Source: Candidatus Saccharimonadota bacterium
GTDB taxonomy: Archaea; Nanobdellota; Nanobdellia; Pacearchaeales; GW2011-AR1
Direction of reading: 5' to 3'
Length of the DNA stretch: 32,000 nucleotides
Assembly: GCA_041659445.1 (NCBI GenBank)
Contig: JBAZYG010000001.1
Location: forward strand, 360,001-392,000
Shown here: in pieces, positions 31,042-32,000 of the stretch
Position numbering within the stretch: position 1 is the first letter of the stretch
Layout: every line of letters starts with the position of its first letter
Position numbers and translations under genes: made by a program
Notes under the pieces: model-generated
Databases searched by the model: none
Told to the model about the DNA's origin: nothing
What the model saw: the letters and a program-made list of their open reading frames with translations, nothing else

Positions 31042-32000
31042 TCCAATTTCAAACTGATAATTTTACTGACTCCGTCGTGCATTGAAACTCCGAAGATGTT
31101 TGTTGCATTTGAAATAATTTCATCGTTGTGACTTATAACAATGTATTGTCCTTTTTGCATGTATTTCTTAAGTAAATTTCCAAGTCTTTCTGAATTTCTT
31201 TTATCAAGAGCAGCATCAATTTCATCCAAAATGTAAAAACAATATGGTTTTAATTCTTGAATTGCAAAAATTAAAGACAGAGCAACTAAAGTTTGTTCTC
31301 CTCCTGAAAGAGATTTGACATCGAAATATTTTCCGTGTCCTGTCTTGACTGTGATATTTACACCTCCTTCAAAAGGATCTTTTTTGTTTTCCAAATCCAA
31401 CCAAACTTCACCTTTTGTACTTAATTCTGCAAAATTCCTAGAGAAAATTGAATTTAATTCTTCTAAAGTTTTAAGAAATGTTTTTTTCTTCTTGACATCA
31501 ATTTCATGAATTATCTTAAGAATTTTTTCTTTTTCATTAACAATAATTTCTGATTTTTCATTTATTTTATCATATTCTTCTTTTACAGAATCATAAACTT
31601 CCAAAGACCTTAAATTTACAGAACCAATTCTCATCAAAGTATCTTGAATATTTTTTAATTTTGATGAAAGATTCTCTTTATTTCCATGAACAATTTCAAC
31701 TTCTTTAAATTCAGAAAGTTCTTCTTGGATGTTCTCTAATTCTGCTGTGACTTTTGCTCTTTCAATTTTGAAATTATTGCAATCCTGTTCTAATCCATAA
31801 ATTTCATTTTTTTTATTAGAAATTTCTGACTCAATTTCTCGAATCTTATTTTGAGATTCATCTCTTTGAGAAATTAATTTTTGGAATTTTTTTGTTAATT
31901 CTTCTTCTGAATCTCTTTTTTGCTTAAGAGTTTTTTCTTTTTCTGAAATTGATTTTTGAATTGATGATAATTCTTCATTTACTTCTTTTTCATCACGAAC
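31038..32000 (-). CDS. smc: SMC chromosome-segregation ATPase, C-terminal head plus part of the coiled coil (5' part outside window)
   Basis: ABC signature and Walker B: LSGGEQTLVALSLIFAIQELKPYCFYILDEIDAALD, with D-loop/H-loop ...YIVISHN. The minus-strand frame stays open upstream of the track's Met (31637) to the window edge and reads as charged coiled coil. Confidence 0.9.
   Translation of the reverse strand, partial: VRDEKEVNEELSSIQKSISEKEKTLKQKRDSEEELTKKFQKLISQRDESQNKIREIESEISNKKNEIYGLEQDCNNFKIERAKVTAELENIQEELSEFKEVEIVHGNKENLSSKLKNIQDTLMRIGSVNLRSLEVYDSVKEEYDKINEKSEIIVNEKEKILKIIHEIDVKKKKTFLKTLEELNSIFSRNFAELSTKGEVWLDLENKKDPFEGGVNITVKTGHGKYFDVKSLSGGEQTLVALSLIFAIQELKPYCFYILDEIDAALDKRNSERLGNLLKKYMQKGQYIVISHNDEIISNATNIFGVSMHDGVSKIISLKLD

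Noticed and set aside
64-31080. Apparent clustering of CpG in the words GTCG/CGAC, for example ctgtcgacgg at 1127, ctgtcgacgc at 10681, atcgacgc at 11991 and 17341, and gtcgacgg at 25114. This could hint at a methylation or restriction motif.
   Set aside because: Many other CpG contexts occur as well (gcgg, acga, tcgag, ccgc and others). Without counting k-mers I cannot show enrichment, and codon-pair preference (GTC/ATC followed by G-starting codons) could explain it. It would need a k-mer over-representation test.
1-32000. Search by eye for tRNA or rRNA genes, CRISPR arrays, transposase or integrase genes, inteins, and in-frame stop recoding.
   Set aside because: No GC-rich cloverleaf-sized islands occur in any intergenic gap, and there are no regularly spaced repeats. 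No DDE, tyrosine-recombinase or serine-recombinase motifs were found. All conserved genes read through with standard stops.

Overview
Very AT-rich, gene-dense archaeal fragment using the standard genetic code, with mostly TAA stops and nearly all genes on the + strand. The backbone is the conserved archaeal transcription/translation supercluster. It runs from the 3' end of rpoB through a single fused rpoA (A'+A''), NusA-KH, rps12, rps7 and aEF-2 to aEF-1alpha. Further along lie archaeal DnaG, CorA, an endonuclease-IV-like gene, a surface protein and the 3' end of smc (- strand). The composition, compaction and many tiny orphan ORFs suggest a DPANN-like small-genome archaeon; this is inference only. 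The main oddity is that every normally contiguous junction of this backbone is interrupted by lineage-specific ORFs. Three sit between rpoB and rpoA, and three between rps12 and rps7. A 3.5 kb wedge carrying a class III nucleotidyl cyclase separates rps7 from EF-2, and a 4.4 kb wedge separates EF-2 from EF-1alpha. Four coupled ORFs occupy the place where rps10 normally follows EF-1alpha. The inserted ORFs are joined to core genes by an exact TAA-A-ATG junction. Several are bracketed by direct repeats that span a stop/start junction: 59 bp duplicating the rps7 3' end, 44 bp, and about 26 bp. EF-2, EF-1alpha and DnaG are each preceded by a mini-ORF that repeats the first codons of the main gene. 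First genes show TTTATAAA-type TATA boxes about 29 nt upstream of the ATG, implying leaderless mRNAs. A small putative defence islet lies upstream of dnaG: an orphan 328-aa ORF, an unannotated AbrB-like gene and a DUF262-HNH nuclease. No rRNA, tRNA, CRISPR array, transposase or integrase was recognised.
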